Shown: positions 30,879 through 43,964 of the stretch, piece after piece
Position numbering within the stretch: the first letter of the stretch is position 1
Layout: every line of letters starts with the position of its first letter
Source: Halieaceae bacterium
Lineage (GTDB): Bacteria > Pseudomonadota > Gammaproteobacteria > Pseudomonadales > Halieaceae
Assembly: GCA_902623175.1 (NCBI GenBank)
Contig: CACNSR010000015.1
Coordinates: 2,889 to 66,888 of the forward strand
Direction of reading: 5' to 3'
DNA: 64,000 nucleotides
The notes under the pieces: generated by a model
What the model was told of the DNA's origin: nothing
The model's database searches: none
What the model saw: the letters and a program-made list of their open reading frames with translations, nothing else
Translations under genes and position numbers: made by a program

Positions 30879-31145
30879 ATGGAAAAGATGATCAAGATCA
30901 TTAATCCGCTTGGCCTTCATGCCCGCCCCGCTGCCAAAGTCGTGGACTGTGCGGCCAGATTTACCAGCGATATCCGTATCAGCTATCAGAATCAGGAGAT
31001 CGACGCGAAAAGCATTATGTCAGTGCTCATGCTGGCTGCACCTGTTGATGCTGAGCTGAGCGTGGCGATCACTGGTGACGACGAAAAACACGCAATGACG
31101 GCGCTGGAAGCGCTCTTTGCCAGCGGGTTTGGCGAGCTGGAATAA
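30879..31145 (+). CDS. npr: Phosphocarrier NPr/HPr
   Basis: GLHARPAAK, DAKSIMSV.ML; ATG 30879. Confidence 0.93.
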   Translation: MEKMIKIINPLGLHARPAAKVVDCAARFTSDIRISYQNQEIDAKSIMSVLMLAAPVDAELSVAITGDDEKHAMTALEALFASGFGELE

Positions 31146-31219
31146 GTCACAAAGGCATTTTCGCGGGTAGATCTTCAGAGTCGGTAGCGGATAATGGCGG
31201 GCGCAGAGGAGGTCCCGCT

Positions 31220-32566
31220 TTGAACTCACCCGCCAACTTCCCCACCAAGACAGAGCGTCTTGAATTTGCCCTCCGCTCGGGCACGCTGGGCGATGTCGCG
31301 GGTATTTTGGCTGAGATGTCACCCGGTGACGTCGCTTATTTGATCAGCTCCTCACCCCCCGACTATCGCGCGGTGCTGCTGGGCCTTCTCGAACCGGAGC
31401 AGGAGGTACTGGTCGTCAATGAATTGCCAGACGAGCTCCGCAATGCCGTGTTGGCAGACCGGGAGCCCGAGGCACTGGCCGAAATTGTCGAGCAGTTGGA
31501 TGACGACGATGTCGCGGACATCCTCCATGAGTTGCCCGATGAGGTGACCGGTCAAGTGTTGGCGATCATGGACGAGCAGTACCGTCAGCGCATACAGAAG
31601 GTATTGAGCTTTCCTGATGACGTTGCAGGCGGTTTGATGAGCACCGACACCATCACCATTCGCGCAGATCTAACGCTGGATGTGGTACTGCGCTACCTCC
31701 GCCGGCATAAGGAGCTTCCGCCCAACACGGACAGTCTGATCGTGGTAAACCGCGACGATAGGTTTGTGGGACTGCTGGCCATCGGCACAGTACTGGTATC
31801 CGACCCCGCCGTCTCAGTGCGGGAGATGATGATCACAGACCAGGAGGCCATTGCCGCCGATATATCCGCGACCGAAGTGGCGCGGCGATTTGAGCGAAAC
31901 GACTGGATTTCGGCACCGGTGATCGATGATGACGGCAAGCTGCTCGGACGGATTACAATCGACGACGTGGTGGATGTCATTAGGGAGGAGGCGGATCACT
32001 CCCTTACCTCGCTCGCCGGTCTGGCAGAGGAGGATACCTTTGCGACGGTATGGCAGTCAGCGCCGCGGCGCGCGGTGTGGCTGGGTGTCAATCTCGGTAC
32101 CGCTTTAATGGCTTCCTCGGTGATCAACCTGTTTCAGGACACTATCGAGAAAGTGGTCGCGCTGGCGGTGCTGATGCCCATTGTGGCCTCAATGGGAGGG
32201 ATTGCGGGCACTCAGAGTCTGACGATCCTGATTCGTGCCATGGCGATGGGTCAAATCAATTATCGCAATGAGTTGTGGCTAATCGGCCGGGAATCGCTGG
32301 TAGGGCTTCTGAATGGACTGCTCTGGGCCGCGGTGATTGCCACTACAGCGTCGCTGTGGTTTGGCGACCCGATGCTGGGCGTCATCATTGCCTGCGCCAT
32401 GTTGATCAACCTGGTCACGGCGGGCGTGACGGGCGCAGGTCTCCCTATCGTGCTGCGTAAACTACACATTGACCCTGCGTTGGCGGGTGGCGTACTTGTC
32501 ACCACCGTTACCGATGTGATGGGTTTTCTGGCTTTCCTTGGACTAGCCACCGCATTTTATGCGTGA
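31220..32566 (+). CDS. mgtE: Magnesium transporter MgtE
   Basis: AGGLM, CBS pair, GRITIDD, MGG.AG.Q, DPA..GG...TT.TD. Confidence 0.95.
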   Translation: MNSPANFPTKTERLEFALRSGTLGDVAGILAEMSPGDVAYLISSSPPDYRAVLLGLLEPEQEVLVVNELPDELRNAVLADREPEALAEIVEQLDDDDVADILHELPDEVTGQVLAIMDEQYRQRIQKVLSFPDDVAGGLMSTDTITIRADLTLDVVLRYLRRHKELPPNTDSLIVVNRDDRFVGLLAIGTVLVSDPAVSVREMMITDQEAIAADISATEVARRFERNDWISAPVIDDDGKLLGRITIDDVVDVIREEADHSLTSLAGLAEEDTFATVWQSAPRRAVWLGVNLGTALMASSVINLFQDTIEKVVALAVLMPIVASMGGIAGTQSLTILIRAMAMGQINYRNELWLIGRESLVGLLNGLLWAAVIATTASLWFGDPMLGVIIACAMLINLVTAGVTGAGLPIVLRKLHIDPALAGGVLVTTVTDVMGFLAFLGLATAFYA

Positions 32567-32578
32567 TGGCGCCGTATC

Positions 32579-33106
32579 ATGACCGACTCAGCTACCGGCG
32601 AGACAGATGACCTGCGACCCAGCAAGAGTGAGCGCAAGCGTCAGATGCTTGCGCTGCAGGAAATGGGCGAGCGGCTGGTTTCGCTGTCACTTTCGGACCT
32701 CGATCGTATCAATATTCCAGATGAGCGGCTCAAAGAAGCGGTAAAGACTGCGCGCGGCATTACCGCCCACGGCGGCCTAAAGAGGCAGTTGCAGTATATC
32801 GGCAAACTGATGCGTTCAACGGATACTGCGCCGATTGAAGCGGGTCTGGCGATGCTGGATCAGCAACATGCGGTATCCACCGCAAATTTTCATCGCGTCG
32901 AGGCGGCTCGGGATCGCTTGCAGCATGAGGGCGACGCGGCACTTGGGGAAATCCTGGCCACCTGGCCCGCCGCTGAGGCGTCCCTGCTTCGCCAATGGAT
33001 TCGCCAGCACCCCAAAGAAATCCAGCGCGGCAAGGAGAAGACACACGCCAGAAAGCTGTTTCGCTATCTATCAGAGCTGGATGCCGCGGCGTCTGTCGGC
33101 GATTGA
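32579..33106 (+). CDS. yjgA: Ribosome maturation factor DarP (YjgA)
   Basis: SKS..KR...ALQ..G..L, RQLQYIGKLMR, FH..E..RDRL. Confidence 0.93.
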   Translation: MTDSATGETDDLRPSKSERKRQMLALQEMGERLVSLSLSDLDRINIPDERLKEAVKTARGITAHGGLKRQLQYIGKLMRSTDTAPIEAGLAMLDQQHAVSTANFHRVEAARDRLQHEGDAALGEILATWPAAEASLLRQWIRQHPKEIQRGKEKTHARKLFRYLSELDAAASVGD

Positions 33107-36100
33107 TCTTTGGCCGCCTGATCGTCTACCGAAGGAAGCCGTGAAGTCGCATCAAAAACACGCTCAAACGCTACCTCAGGGTTATCAAGGTCGCCGCTAA
33201 CGACATAAACACCGCTCGATAACTGATTAACCTGATCCTCAAAGACTTTACTAACTAAATAAGTACCCGCAGCGACGGGTAATCCGCCGGCAAGCGCTGC
33301 CACCCAGGGGATGTTTTCGACCAGAGGCAGCGTCACCACCAATTCACCGTTCAGCGTCTCAGTGACAAGATCGATATCGCTGCTAAAGGTAAAGTATCCC
33401 CCGGACCCCTCGATGGAAAAGTCAGGGATGCGCAGGTCGCCCTGCGAAAAACTGAAGGTGCCCCCTGCGCTATCGAATGTCACGCCCGGATCAAATAGCT
33501 GATTCATGTTGGCACGACGAAACAAGCCCGACAGATTCAGCAAACTCAGTAAACGCAGCGCCCCGGTTGCCTCAGCATTAGCTGTGACGAACGATCCGGC
33601 CTCCACCTCCAATTCCATATCACCGCTAATCGCGGTCAACTCAAAATCGGTGGGACTGCCCGGCCAATGCCACTCAGCGTCCAACCTGCCGCGCTCGGTT
33701 TCTACCAACGGGGCAACGTCGACCAGAGCGAGAGTTGTGGCCACATCTTGAAGCTCTGCTGAGAGGGACAGCGTGGTCGACTCACCCTCCTCCCAGGACT
33801 GCCAGATCATCCGGGTTTTTGGCAACCAATTGATGCCCAGAAAATTGCCGGTCACCTCTCTGAACTGCCAACCCTCATCATTCACGTAGTCGATTGTCAG
33901 ATCCAGATCACCTAATTCGTTATCGGCCCGATGGATCCCCTCGACAGACAGATGCAGTTGTCGCATCCAGGCGCCCAACGCCCCTTGCGGGTCGGGCGGC
34001 GCGGCGCGCTCAGCCCATTGTTCACTCACCTGCGGCAAGCCATGAAGATCCAGATACTCAATGCGCAACTCACGCTCCAGACTAGCCTGCAATGCCGCCG
34101 CCGAGTCCGATACCGGCGCGCTGGTGGCCTGTTGAAGTTGCCCGCGAAGCCAAGGCAGCTCAAAATCCGCAGACCACGTTTCACCCTCCAGATTAGCGTT
34201 TACTGACAGGGCGCCCAGCTCCTCACCACGCCACAGCAGACGCCCGATCTTCAGTGCATCAACCCTCACTGTCGGGCCAGAGGATACTGCCTCTGCCGAG
34301 AACCGTGCGAGCCTGTCCTGCCATTCTGAAAGATCGAGTGACGGTAAAAACCCGGTCACGTGCAAGCCTGGGTCAGGTGCCAAAAGCGGCCATTGCAGCG
34401 GTCGAGTTCTGGGGGTCACGTCAACAATGGCAGAAATTGACCCAGCCTCCGGGGTATCGGTGATGGCAGATGCCCTGCCAAACCAGAACATCTCCCATGC
34501 AGCCCATTCACGATCCCGCCAGCTGACTTTCAACGGCGCCCTGGCCTCGGCGGACTTGCCCCAGGGAAGAGGCAGATCCACCGAAACGCCCTTGAGATCT
34601 GATTCGACATCAACCGCCACCTCGCTTGCCACATTGATACCCACGGTGACGGCTGTCACACCCTCGGCGGGCAGCGGGTAGTTGATGCCTCGCCAGGACA
34701 AGACGTCTGACACAGCCGCTTCAAAATCAAGCCGCGCCGCCAACAATGTATCGGGTGCCGCCGCAAGCTGGGGACCCATCGCAACGGCAACTTGCCGATC
34801 GAAAACGCGGGCAGTGATGCCCGTACTTTCGAATCCGGTCTGCGTGCGATATCTCAAATCACCACTCAATGACGCCGCCTGCAGATCAAGCAGCGCAGAG
34901 GCTAGTGTGGCGTTGGTCAGCGCCATGTCAACGTTCACATCCAGTGACGGGGCCACATTGCGCAGGTCAAATCTGATGTGTGCATTGGTTGCAGTGGGCT
35001 CATCACCCCCAACGGTCAGATCACTCATGACCGGGTACGCGACAGAAAGCGGGGGTAATTGCTCCAATGCCGACAAGATTTCACCCGGCTTACCCTTGGA
35101 CTGCGTCTGAAGATCCAGCCAGATGGCATTGTTGTCCACCTGCAGGCCGACTGCCGTACGAAAGAGCGCGAGCTCGGCCAACTGACCCTGTGCAGACCAC
35201 ACATCGATTCGCGTGTCATCAAGGCGTAGCTGACTGTCAGTCAGCAGCGCGGCTGGCCAACCGGGCTGGTAGTCGAGCGTCACCCCAGAGAGATCGGCCG
35301 CTAGCTGCATAGTTTGACCGGAATGGCCGTAGGGTTTGAACCCGCCGTGCCATAAGAAAATTCCGCGCTCAATCTTACCGGCCGGCAGTGCCTTTTTCAG
35401 CCATGCATCGGCCGGCGCTGGCATTCGGTATGGCACGTAAGCATCGCGAATGCCCACAGGCGCATCCAGCACCGAAGCCGACAACCCCATTTTTAGTGGC
35501 ACCGAGGACTGTTTGGAAAACGGGATATCAATCTCGAACTGCACCGCGACATCATGCTCAAGGGCACTCCCTAGCAGCAATCCATGCTCTAGGAATAGAG
35601 CATCTCGCTGCCAACGCCCCTCCAGTGTCCCCAACACAGACCTCAGGCGAATGGGCTCCCGATAAACTTTAGGCAGCACAAGCTCAAAGTCCCGGGTATT
35701 TATCCAGGCTGTCGCACCCTCCTCATTGGCGGTAATCGAGGCATCGATACCGACCAGACCAGGCACCTTTCTGAAGGGTTCTGTTGTGGCATCGGTGACA
35801 GTGGCCGCCAACTCCCAACCGTGCAGTGGCTGGTCCAATGCTTCCACCGTGAGCGCCAGGCGATCGACGGCGCCAGCAGGTCTCAGTGTTTCGAGAATCC
35901 CGTTCACCCTATCGGGAAGTAATTCGCTCCCACGGAGCACGGCAATCAGCGGTGACACCTCAAAGCCATCGGTCAGCATCTTCCAGCTCCGCCCAAGACG
36001 ATGCAGGTGTATCCGGGGAAGCAAGAATGTCTGGTCATCAGCCGTCAACGACGCGTCATCGATCCAGATGCTCGCCTGATCAAATGTGCCCTCAACCACA

Positions 36101-36948
36101 CTGTCAGCGCGCAGTTGCTGCAAATTAAGGGCTGTCTGGCCTGTCACCGCAATCTGCGTCAGGTTGACCTGCATCACCGCAGTAGGCCGGCCTCTGTTAA
36201 CCGCAAACCAAAAATCTGCTCGCCCCTCGGCTGTGAGGTCCGATTGCAGCCACTGCGCCAGATAGGACACACCTGCGCCGCTGAGGCTACCCTGTAACTT
36301 GCCGGAAAACTGGTTGAGCTCAAAAGGATTACCCGTCCCGGAACCCTCGGCAGACAACAGACGTTCTTCGGGAGAATCAATCGACACTCTGAGGGTCCGA
36401 CGGCTTCTGTCACGCGCCAGATCGATATCAACCGTCAATGATTCGAGGGTGATCGGCACGCCATCCCGATCCACTTCACCGATCAGTTGAGCATCGCGAA
36501 CCTGCAAACGCGCGAAACTGCTCAGGAAGTCCCGCAGTCCCGCGGGGATGGCTATCGAATCGGCGCCGGACTCGCCACTCCACTCGACACGGGGCCCGAT
36601 CAGCGTGAGTTCATCAAAGCGAGGGGCGCCGCTGAGCAGACTCTCCCAGGGGTTCAACCTGATGCTCGCCTCGGGTAGCGATATAGCTGCACCGGTCTGA
36701 CTATCCAGCACTACGAAATCGGTCAAATCCAACCGTGGCGAAAATCCCTCCATGGCGCCACTGATCTGCCCGATGCGAACGTCACCCGAAAATCGCTGGG
36801 ACAGCAGCTGCTCTATGTCCTGCTGCACTAGCGGCAGCGCCCCCAGAAGCAGACGACCACCGCTGACATAGATGGCGAGACTTACCAGCGCCATCACCAT
36901 CAGCGGCCAGACGGTTCGCCCCAGATTTTTGGGTGTCATGCTAACCAT
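33064..36948 (-). CDS. yhdP: AsmA-family phospholipid bridge YhdP
   Basis: 1294 aa, N-terminal TM, C-terminal W.GSP..F, RLL.LL, LP...N.PW, Y.V.G....P; downstream of maf. Confidence 0.88.
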   Translation of the reverse strand: MVSMTPKNLGRTVWPLMVMALVSLAIYVSGGRLLLGALPLVQQDIEQLLSQRFSGDVRIGQISGAMEGFSPRLDLTDFVVLDSQTGAAISLPEASIRLNPWESLLSGAPRFDELTLIGPRVEWSGESGADSIAIPAGLRDFLSSFARLQVRDAQLIGEVDRDGVPITLESLTVDIDLARDRSRRTLRVSIDSPEERLLSAEGSGTGNPFELNQFSGKLQGSLSGAGVSYLAQWLQSDLTAEGRADFWFAVNRGRPTAVMQVNLTQIAVTGQTALNLQQLRADSVVEGTFDQASIWIDDASLTADDQTFLLPRIHLHRLGRSWKMLTDGFEVSPLIAVLRGSELLPDRVNGILETLRPAGAVDRLALTVEALDQPLHGWELAATVTDATTEPFRKVPGLVGIDASITANEEGATAWINTRDFELVLPKVYREPIRLRSVLGTLEGRWQRDALFLEHGLLLGSALEHDVAVQFEIDIPFSKQSSVPLKMGLSASVLDAPVGIRDAYVPYRMPAPADAWLKKALPAGKIERGIFLWHGGFKPYGHSGQTMQLAADLSGVTLDYQPGWPAALLTDSQLRLDDTRIDVWSAQGQLAELALFRTAVGLQVDNNAIWLDLQTQSKGKPGEILSALEQLPPLSVAYPVMSDLTVGGDEPTATNAHIRFDLRNVAPSLDVNVDMALTNATLASALLDLQAASLSGDLRYRTQTGFESTGITARVFDRQVAVAMGPQLAAAPDTLLAARLDFEAAVSDVLSWRGINYPLPAEGVTAVTVGINVASEVAVDVESDLKGVSVDLPLPWGKSAEARAPLKVSWRDREWAAWEMFWFGRASAITDTPEAGSISAIVDVTPRTRPLQWPLLAPDPGLHVTGFLPSLDLSEWQDRLARFSAEAVSSGPTVRVDALKIGRLLWRGEELGALSVNANLEGETWSADFELPWLRGQLQQATSAPVSDSAAALQASLERELRIEYLDLHGLPQVSEQWAERAAPPDPQGALGAWMRQLHLSVEGIHRADNELGDLDLTIDYVNDEGWQFREVTGNFLGINWLPKTRMIWQSWEEGESTTLSLSAELQDVATTLALVDVAPLVETERGRLDAEWHWPGSPTDFELTAISGDMELEVEAGSFVTANAEATGALRLLSLLNLSGLFRRANMNQLFDPGVTFDSAGGTFSFSQGDLRIPDFSIEGSGGYFTFSSDIDLVTETLNGELVVTLPLVENIPWVAALAGGLPVAAGTYLVSKVFEDQVNQLSSGVYVVSGDLDNPEVAFERVFDATSRLPSVDDQAAKDQSPTDAAASSSDR

Positions 36949-37507
36949 GGCGGACCGGCACCCCCGCCTCGATCAAAAGCGCCCGGGTTTCGCACAACGG
37001 CAGCCCGACCACCGCACTGTAACTGCCCCTGATCTGACTCACAAAGGCCCCTGCATACCCCTGAACGGCGTAAGCACCAGCTTTATCCCATGGCTCGTCA
37101 GTCAACAGGTACTGCTGTATCGTCGTCTCCGAGAGCACCGTAAAAATAACCGACGTTGTGCAGGTCACCGTCTTGATACCATCGTCATAGGCTACAGCAA
37201 CCGCTGTATGCACCTCGTGGGTATTCCCTGACAGTGCGCGGAGAATAGCCGCGGCATCTTGGCAGTCGCGGGGCTTACCCAATATGTCGTTGCCCATGGC
37301 CACTGTGGTATCGGAACCCAAACTCACCCATTGGTCCGCGGCACCCGTTTTAGCCTTTTCACTGGCAAGCCTCGCAACATAATCAGCGGGGGGCTCCAGA
37401 GTGCGGGGGCGTTCGTCTATATCGGGCGCCGAAGACTCGAAGTCAGAAACGAGCAAAGAGAGCAGCGCCCGCCTTCGCGGGCTTGACGATGCGAGCAGCA
37501 GCCGCAT
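36941..37507 (-). CDS. maf: Maf/YhdE nucleotide pyrophosphatase
   Basis: LASSSPRR..LL, SDT.V, GKP, DKAGAY..QG, GSYS.VVGLP; ATG 37507. Confidence 0.94.
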   Translation of the reverse strand: MRLLLASSSPRRRALLSLLVSDFESSAPDIDERPRTLEPPADYVARLASEKAKTGAADQWVSLGSDTTVAMGNDILGKPRDCQDAAAILRALSGNTHEVHTAVAVAYDDGIKTVTCTTSVIFTVLSETTIQQYLLTDEPWDKAGAYAVQGYAGAFVSQIRGSYSAVVGLPLCETRALLIEAGVPVRHG

Positions 37508-37989
37508 TAGTACACCTCGTAGTAGCGCCTGAAGTGGCGAAGTACAGTGCGAGTGGGCACCCAAAAGAGCATGGAACAGATCATTCCAGCCACCGCGGCC
37601 CACGGTGCCGAGGGGACATCGATGCCGTTTCTCAGCCACTGCTCGATCCCGGCGCTGAGCAACATTAATACGAGTATCGCCAGCGACTGCTGCAACAGGT
37701 CAAACTGGCGAATGCGTTGATAGTTGTAGAGCAACAACAGCGTGGCCAACATGAGCCCGGGAGAAGAAAGACCCAGTGGCGCGCCCTCGATCAGATCCTG
37801 TGTGACGCCCACCGTGAAAGCGGTCGCCACCCCCACTCTGTGCGGTAAGGCCAATACCCAATAAAACAGGGCTAAAGCCGCCACATCAGGCCGAAAGCCG
37901 CGCCAATCTAAAGGTAGCGGCAGCAACGTGAATAGCAGGGCCGCCAAGATCGAGGCATAGATTACCCAGACCGCATGCGCACGCATCAA
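37507..37989 (-). CDS. mreD: Rod shape protein MreD
   Basis: RPD...L...YW..ALPHRVG, G...D...G..LG. Confidence 0.93.
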   Translation of the reverse strand: MMRAHAVWVIYASILAALLFTLLPLPLDWRGFRPDVAALALFYWVLALPHRVGVATAFTVGVTQDLIEGAPLGLSSPGLMLATLLLLYNYQRIRQFDLLQQSLAILVLMLLSAGIEQWLRNGIDVPSAPWAAVAGMICSMLFWVPTRTVLRHFRRYYEVY

Positions 37990-38831
37990 GGGGCAGCCGC
38001 CCCTTCAAACTGAGACGACTGCGCCACCACCAACACGTGACGGCCACGATCCAGGGCCGATGCTGGCGCTGCGCTCACCACTGCGAAAGCATCGCCTGCC
38101 GCTATTTCAACGTCAGTCACTCTCGCCACCGGGTAGCCGTGAGGAAAACGGCCACCAAGACCGGATGTGACCAATAAATCACCCGCTTTAATATCAGTGG
38201 TCGCAGCGAGATGCCGAATTACCAGCCGATCGATATCGCCGCTACCTTCTGCGATCGCTCGCAGTCCTGATCGATTCACTTGCACGGGCAACGCGTGGGC
38301 ACTGTCAGTGATGAGTAACGCGCGACTGTTGTTTTCGTCTACCAGCACAATCTGACCGATCAAACCTTCAACGCCCAGCACCGGCTGTCCCTCTTCGACC
38401 CCGTCCGCTGCTCCCTTGTCAAGCATGACCAAATGTCTCGCAGGATCTGGTGACACTGAGCTGATCTGAGCAGCGATGAGTTCATCCTCTATATCCCGAG
38501 CCGAATTAAGCAACGCCTTGTAGCGGGCGTTCTCCGACAGCAGGGAGGCCAGTCTTTGTGCCTGCCCCTTCAACACCCTGTTCTCTTGCTGCAGTCTCAG
38601 CACCTCATCCCTTAATGCATTTCTCGATCGCATTGATTCGAGCAACCGGTCCCAAGCATCGAAAGGGGCCACCACAATATTGCTCGTGAACGCGACCACA
38701 TCGACCGCTCCACGTTGAACGGCAGTCACGCGGGGGTGTTCGCGAAAAATAAAAAGAATCGACAAACACAGCAGGGTCAGCACGATAAATCGCGCGCTGA
38801 TCAGGTTTTGTTTAAGGAAAAGCGGTTTAAT
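37986..38831 (-). CDS. mreC: Rod shape protein MreC (probable ATT start)
   Basis: TM plus coiled coil, LDKG..DGV, TSGLGGRFP.GYPV; IKPLF aligns with the MKP(I/L)F family N-terminus. Confidence 0.93.
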   Translation of the reverse strand: MKPLFLKQNLISARFIVLTLLCLSILFIFREHPRVTAVQRGAVDVVAFTSNIVVAPFDAWDRLLESMRSRNALRDEVLRLQQENRVLKGQAQRLASLLSENARYKALLNSARDIEDELIAAQISSVSPDPARHLVMLDKGAADGVEEGQPVLGVEGLIGQIVLVDENNSRALLITDSAHALPVQVNRSGLRAIAEGSGDIDRLVIRHLAATTDIKAGDLLVTSGLGGRFPHGYPVARVTDVEIAAGDAFAVVSAAPASALDRGRHVLVVAQSSQFEGAAAP

Positions 38832-38853
38832 GACGCTGCCCCAATCGCCGGTT

Positions 38854-40394
<1,541 letters not shown>

Positions 40395-40395
<1 letters not shown>

Positions 40396-41873
40396 TGACC
40401 GATAGCGCCCTACTCTGTGGTTCTGTCACTTCGCTCAGACAGCAGCTACGCGACCGAGTGATATCCAGTGAGGAAATCACTCGCGCCTGCCTAGAGCGAA
40501 TTGAAGCCTGTAACGGTGCGCTGAATGCCGTCATCACGGTGTGTGCGGAGCAAGCCATAGACAGCGCCCGCAAGGCGGACAAAGCCATCGCCAGAGGTGA
40601 TGTTGCCTCGCTCACCGGGATTCCCCTGCTCCACAAGGATATTTTCTGTACCAATGGCGTGAGAACGACCTGCGGCTCGCGCATGCTGGAACAATTCGTT
40701 CCCGCATATGATGCGACGGTTGTCACCAAGATGCAGGCCGAAGGTGCCGTGATGCTAGGCAAATGCAATATGGATGAGTTTGCGATGGGCTCCTCCAACG
40801 AAACCAGTTTTTTTGGCGCAGTCAAAAACCCTTGGGATCTCAATTGCGTGCCGGGCGGCAGTTCCGGCGGTTCCGCTGCGGCACTCGCTGCGGGTATGGC
40901 GCCGTTGGTGACCGGCACCGATACGGGCGGCTCGATCAGGCAGCCCGCCTCCCTCTGTGGCGTGACGGGCCTTAAACCCACTTACGGCCGGGTCTCCCGC
41001 TTGGGCATCATTGCCTTTGCTTCTTCGCTGGATCAGGCAGGCCCCATGGCCCGCACTGCCGAGGACTGCGCGATCGCCTTGACCGCCATGTCGGGCATTG
41101 ATGCGGGAGACTCGACTTCTGCGGATTTACCCGTGCCTGACTTTCAAGCAGGACTGAATCACGATGTTCAGGGACTACGGATCGGGTTGCCGCGAGAGTA
41201 CTTCAACGATGACCTCGACCCGGTTGTGCGCGAACGGGTGATGGTAGCGCTGTCTGTGCTGGAGCAGGCGGGGGCAACGCTGGTGGACATTGAGCTGCCT
41301 CACAGTCACTACGCGATTGCGACCTACTACGTCATCGCCCCCGCGGAGGCCTCGGCGAACTTGGCGCGCTACGACGGCGTGCGCTTTGGTTATCGCTGTG
41401 ACGAGCCAAAAGATCTCGAAGACCTTTACCTGCGCTCGCGCAGCGAGGGTTTTGGTGAGGAAGTGCAGCGGCGGATTCTGGTGGGGACCTACGCGTTGTC
41501 GGCAGGTTTCTACGATGCTTATTTCAACAAGGCGCAGCAGGTCAGACGCGTGATTACAGAAGATTTCACGCGAGCCTTTGATCACGTGGACATGATCGCC
41601 GGTCCCTCTGCGCCCGGCGTTGCCTTTCAGTTCGGGGCGAAACAGCAGGATCCCGTAGCCATGTATATGGAAGACATCTACACGCTGGCAGTTAATCTGG
41701 CAGGCCTGCCTGGCTTATCCACCCCCGCGGGTTTGATCAACAGCATGCCCGTTGGACTGCAACTGATTGGCAAGCCCTTTGATGAGCAAACAATTCTCAA
41801 CGCGGCACATCGCCTGCAGACCGACACGGACTGGCACATGGGCACGCCGCAATTTACAACGGTGACGTCATGA
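40395..41873 (+). CDS. gatA: Asp/Glu-tRNA amidotransferase subunit A
   Basis: Amidase signature [25 protein letters not shown]. Confidence 0.97.
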
Positions 41874-43321
41874 GTTGGGAAACGGTGATGGGTCTCGAGG
41901 TGCATTTGCAACTCGCGACGCAATCGAAAATTTTCTCGGGTTCGGCGACGACATTTGGTGCAGCGCCAAATGAGCAGGCAGATGCGGTAGATCTGGGCAT
42001 GCCCGGAATGTTGCCTGTGTTGAACGAAGAGGCTGTCCGCTACGCAGTCAAGTTTGGTTTGGGCATCGGCGCCCGTATCGGAGAACGCTCCGTCTTCGAT
42101 CGCAAAAATTATTTTTACCCGGATCTGCCCAAGGGATACCAGGTCAGTCAGTTTTTTGCGCCCATCGTCTGCGAGGGCGTTTTCGAGGTGCCGTTGAAAG
42201 ACGGGACGCTTTTCCCGATTCGCATCACGCGCGCGCATTTAGAGGAGGATGCTGGCAAATCTGTCCACGATGCCTTCAGCCGGGAGACAGGGATCGATCT
42301 CAACCGCGCCGGCACGCCACTTCTCGAGATCGTGACCGAGCCGGACTTTCGCTCGGCGGAACAGGCGGTGGCGTACCTCAAGGCGCTCCACTCGCTGGTG
42401 ACGTATTTGGGCATCTCTGACGGCAACATGGCAGAGGGCTCTATGCGCTGCGATATCAACATCTCGCTGCGTGAAAAAGGCACCGATGCCCTGGGCATAC
42501 GAACCGAAATCAAGAACGTGAATTCTTTCCGCTTTGTGGAGCGGGCCATTCACAGTGAATACGAAAGACAGGCAGACATTCTCGAGAGCGGCGGTTCGAT
42601 CACGCAAGAAACGCGGCTTTACGACGCTGAACAGAATGTGACGCGCTCGATGCGCTCAAAAGAAGTGGCCAATGACTATCGGTATTTCCCTGAGCCGGAT
42701 TTGCTGCCGATCGTCATCGACGCGGAGTATATTGAGGCAGTCCGAGCCACGCTACCCGAGTTGCCCGGTGCCAAGAGAGCGCGCTTCATCGCGGATTATA
42801 GGCTGAATGATTATGACGCTGCACTGCTCGTTCCCAATCATGCGCTGGCGGATTATTTCGAGTCCGTCGTCACAGCCGGAGGCGCTGCGAAACCCGCCGC
42901 GAATTGGATTCTGGGCGACTTGACAGCGGCCCTTAATCGCAACGAGACAGACATCACTGACAGTCCAATATCAGCGGCGCAGTTAGCCGGCCTGATCGTG
43001 CGTATTGAGGATGGCACGCTGTCCAGTAAACTGGCAAAACAGGTATTCGACGGACTGTGGTCGGGCAAGGGTGACGCCGATCAGATCATTGAAGCGCGGG
43101 GACTAAAGCAAGTCAGTGATTCGGGGGCCCTGGAATCGATGGTGGACGCAGTCATTGCTGAAAACCCGGATCAAGTCGCCCAGTATCTGGCAGCCGACGA
43201 AGCCAAAAAGAAGAAATTGAGCGGTTTCTTTGTCGGCCAAATCATGAAGGCGTCTAAAGGGCAGGCCAATCCCCAGATGGTCAACGATTTATTGCTCAAG
43301 AAGCTGAACGATCAGTCCTGA
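41870..43321 (+). CDS. gatB: Asp/Glu-tRNA amidotransferase subunit B
   Basis: [37 protein letters not shown]. Confidence 0.98.
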   Translation: MSWETVMGLEVHLQLATQSKIFSGSATTFGAAPNEQADAVDLGMPGMLPVLNEEAVRYAVKFGLGIGARIGERSVFDRKNYFYPDLPKGYQVSQFFAPIVCEGVFEVPLKDGTLFPIRITRAHLEEDAGKSVHDAFSRETGIDLNRAGTPLLEIVTEPDFRSAEQAVAYLKALHSLVTYLGISDGNMAEGSMRCDINISLREKGTDALGIRTEIKNVNSFRFVERAIHSEYERQADILESGGSITQETRLYDAEQNVTRSMRSKEVANDYRYFPEPDLLPIVIDAEYIEAVRATLPELPGAKRARFIADYRLNDYDAALLVPNHALADYFESVVTAGGAAKPAANWILGDLTAALNRNETDITDSPISAAQLAGLIVRIEDGTLSSKLAKQVFDGLWSGKGDADQIIEARGLKQVSDSGALESMVDAVIAENPDQVAQYLAADEAKKKKLSGFFVGQIMKASKGQANPQMVNDLLLKKLNDQS

Positions 43322-43899
43322 ACCCGACCCTTTAAATATTTCACCCGATTTTCCTGCTTCTGCTCGGCGCTCTTACGCAGCAACACATAGATTGCGCCGG
43401 TGCCGCCATGTACTGGCTGTGCCGAGTGAAAAGCCTGAACCGCTTCCAATTCTCGCAGCCAATGATTGACGTAGCCTTTCAGTACCGCTGTCCGCTCGCC
43501 CTGGTTTTTCGATTGCCCCTTGCCATGAAGAATCAGCAATGTCCGCAAGCCCAACTCTGTCGCCTCACGGATAAAGGCAAACACCTCATCTCGCGCCTGC
43601 TGCACCAACATGCGATGCAGGTCCAAACGCGCGTCGATCTGGTACTGGCCCAGACGTAGCTTGCGATACACCCCGTGCTGAATCCCCGGCCGTTTGAATT
43701 CCAGCACGTGCCAAGCATCGAGCGGCATCACGCCATCATCAACGAGTGGATTCATAACTTGCTCTTCACCCATTGCGGCGCGCTGTCGGCCTTTCTGTTG
43801 GTCTTCAGAGAGACGGTCCTTGACCAAGCGGACGCGCGCCTCTCGGCCCAAGGGCTTAACCCCGGACATTTCCTCGGCAAAAAGATCCTTGTCGCTCAC
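43312..43899 (-). CDS. smrA: Smr-domain endonuclease (SmrA-like)
   Basis: LF..EM.GV.PL, LDLH, I.HGKG, HGGTGA.YVLL; start uncertain (GTG 43899 or ATG 43950). Confidence 0.88.
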   Translation of the reverse strand: MSDKDLFAEEMSGVKPLGREARVRLVKDRLSEDQQKGRQRAAMGEEQVMNPLVDDGVMPLDAWHVLEFKRPGIQHGVYRKLRLGQYQIDARLDLHRMLVQQARDEVFAFIREATELGLRTLLILHGKGQSKNQGERTAVLKGYVNHWLRELEAVQAFHSAQPVHGGTGAIYVLLRKSAEQKQENRVKYLKGRVQD

Positions 43900-43964
43900 C
43901 GGTATTTGCACTCTGATCGGCAGTTGGGACAGTATAGTAGTCGCATTCATCGCCGGGGGACCTC

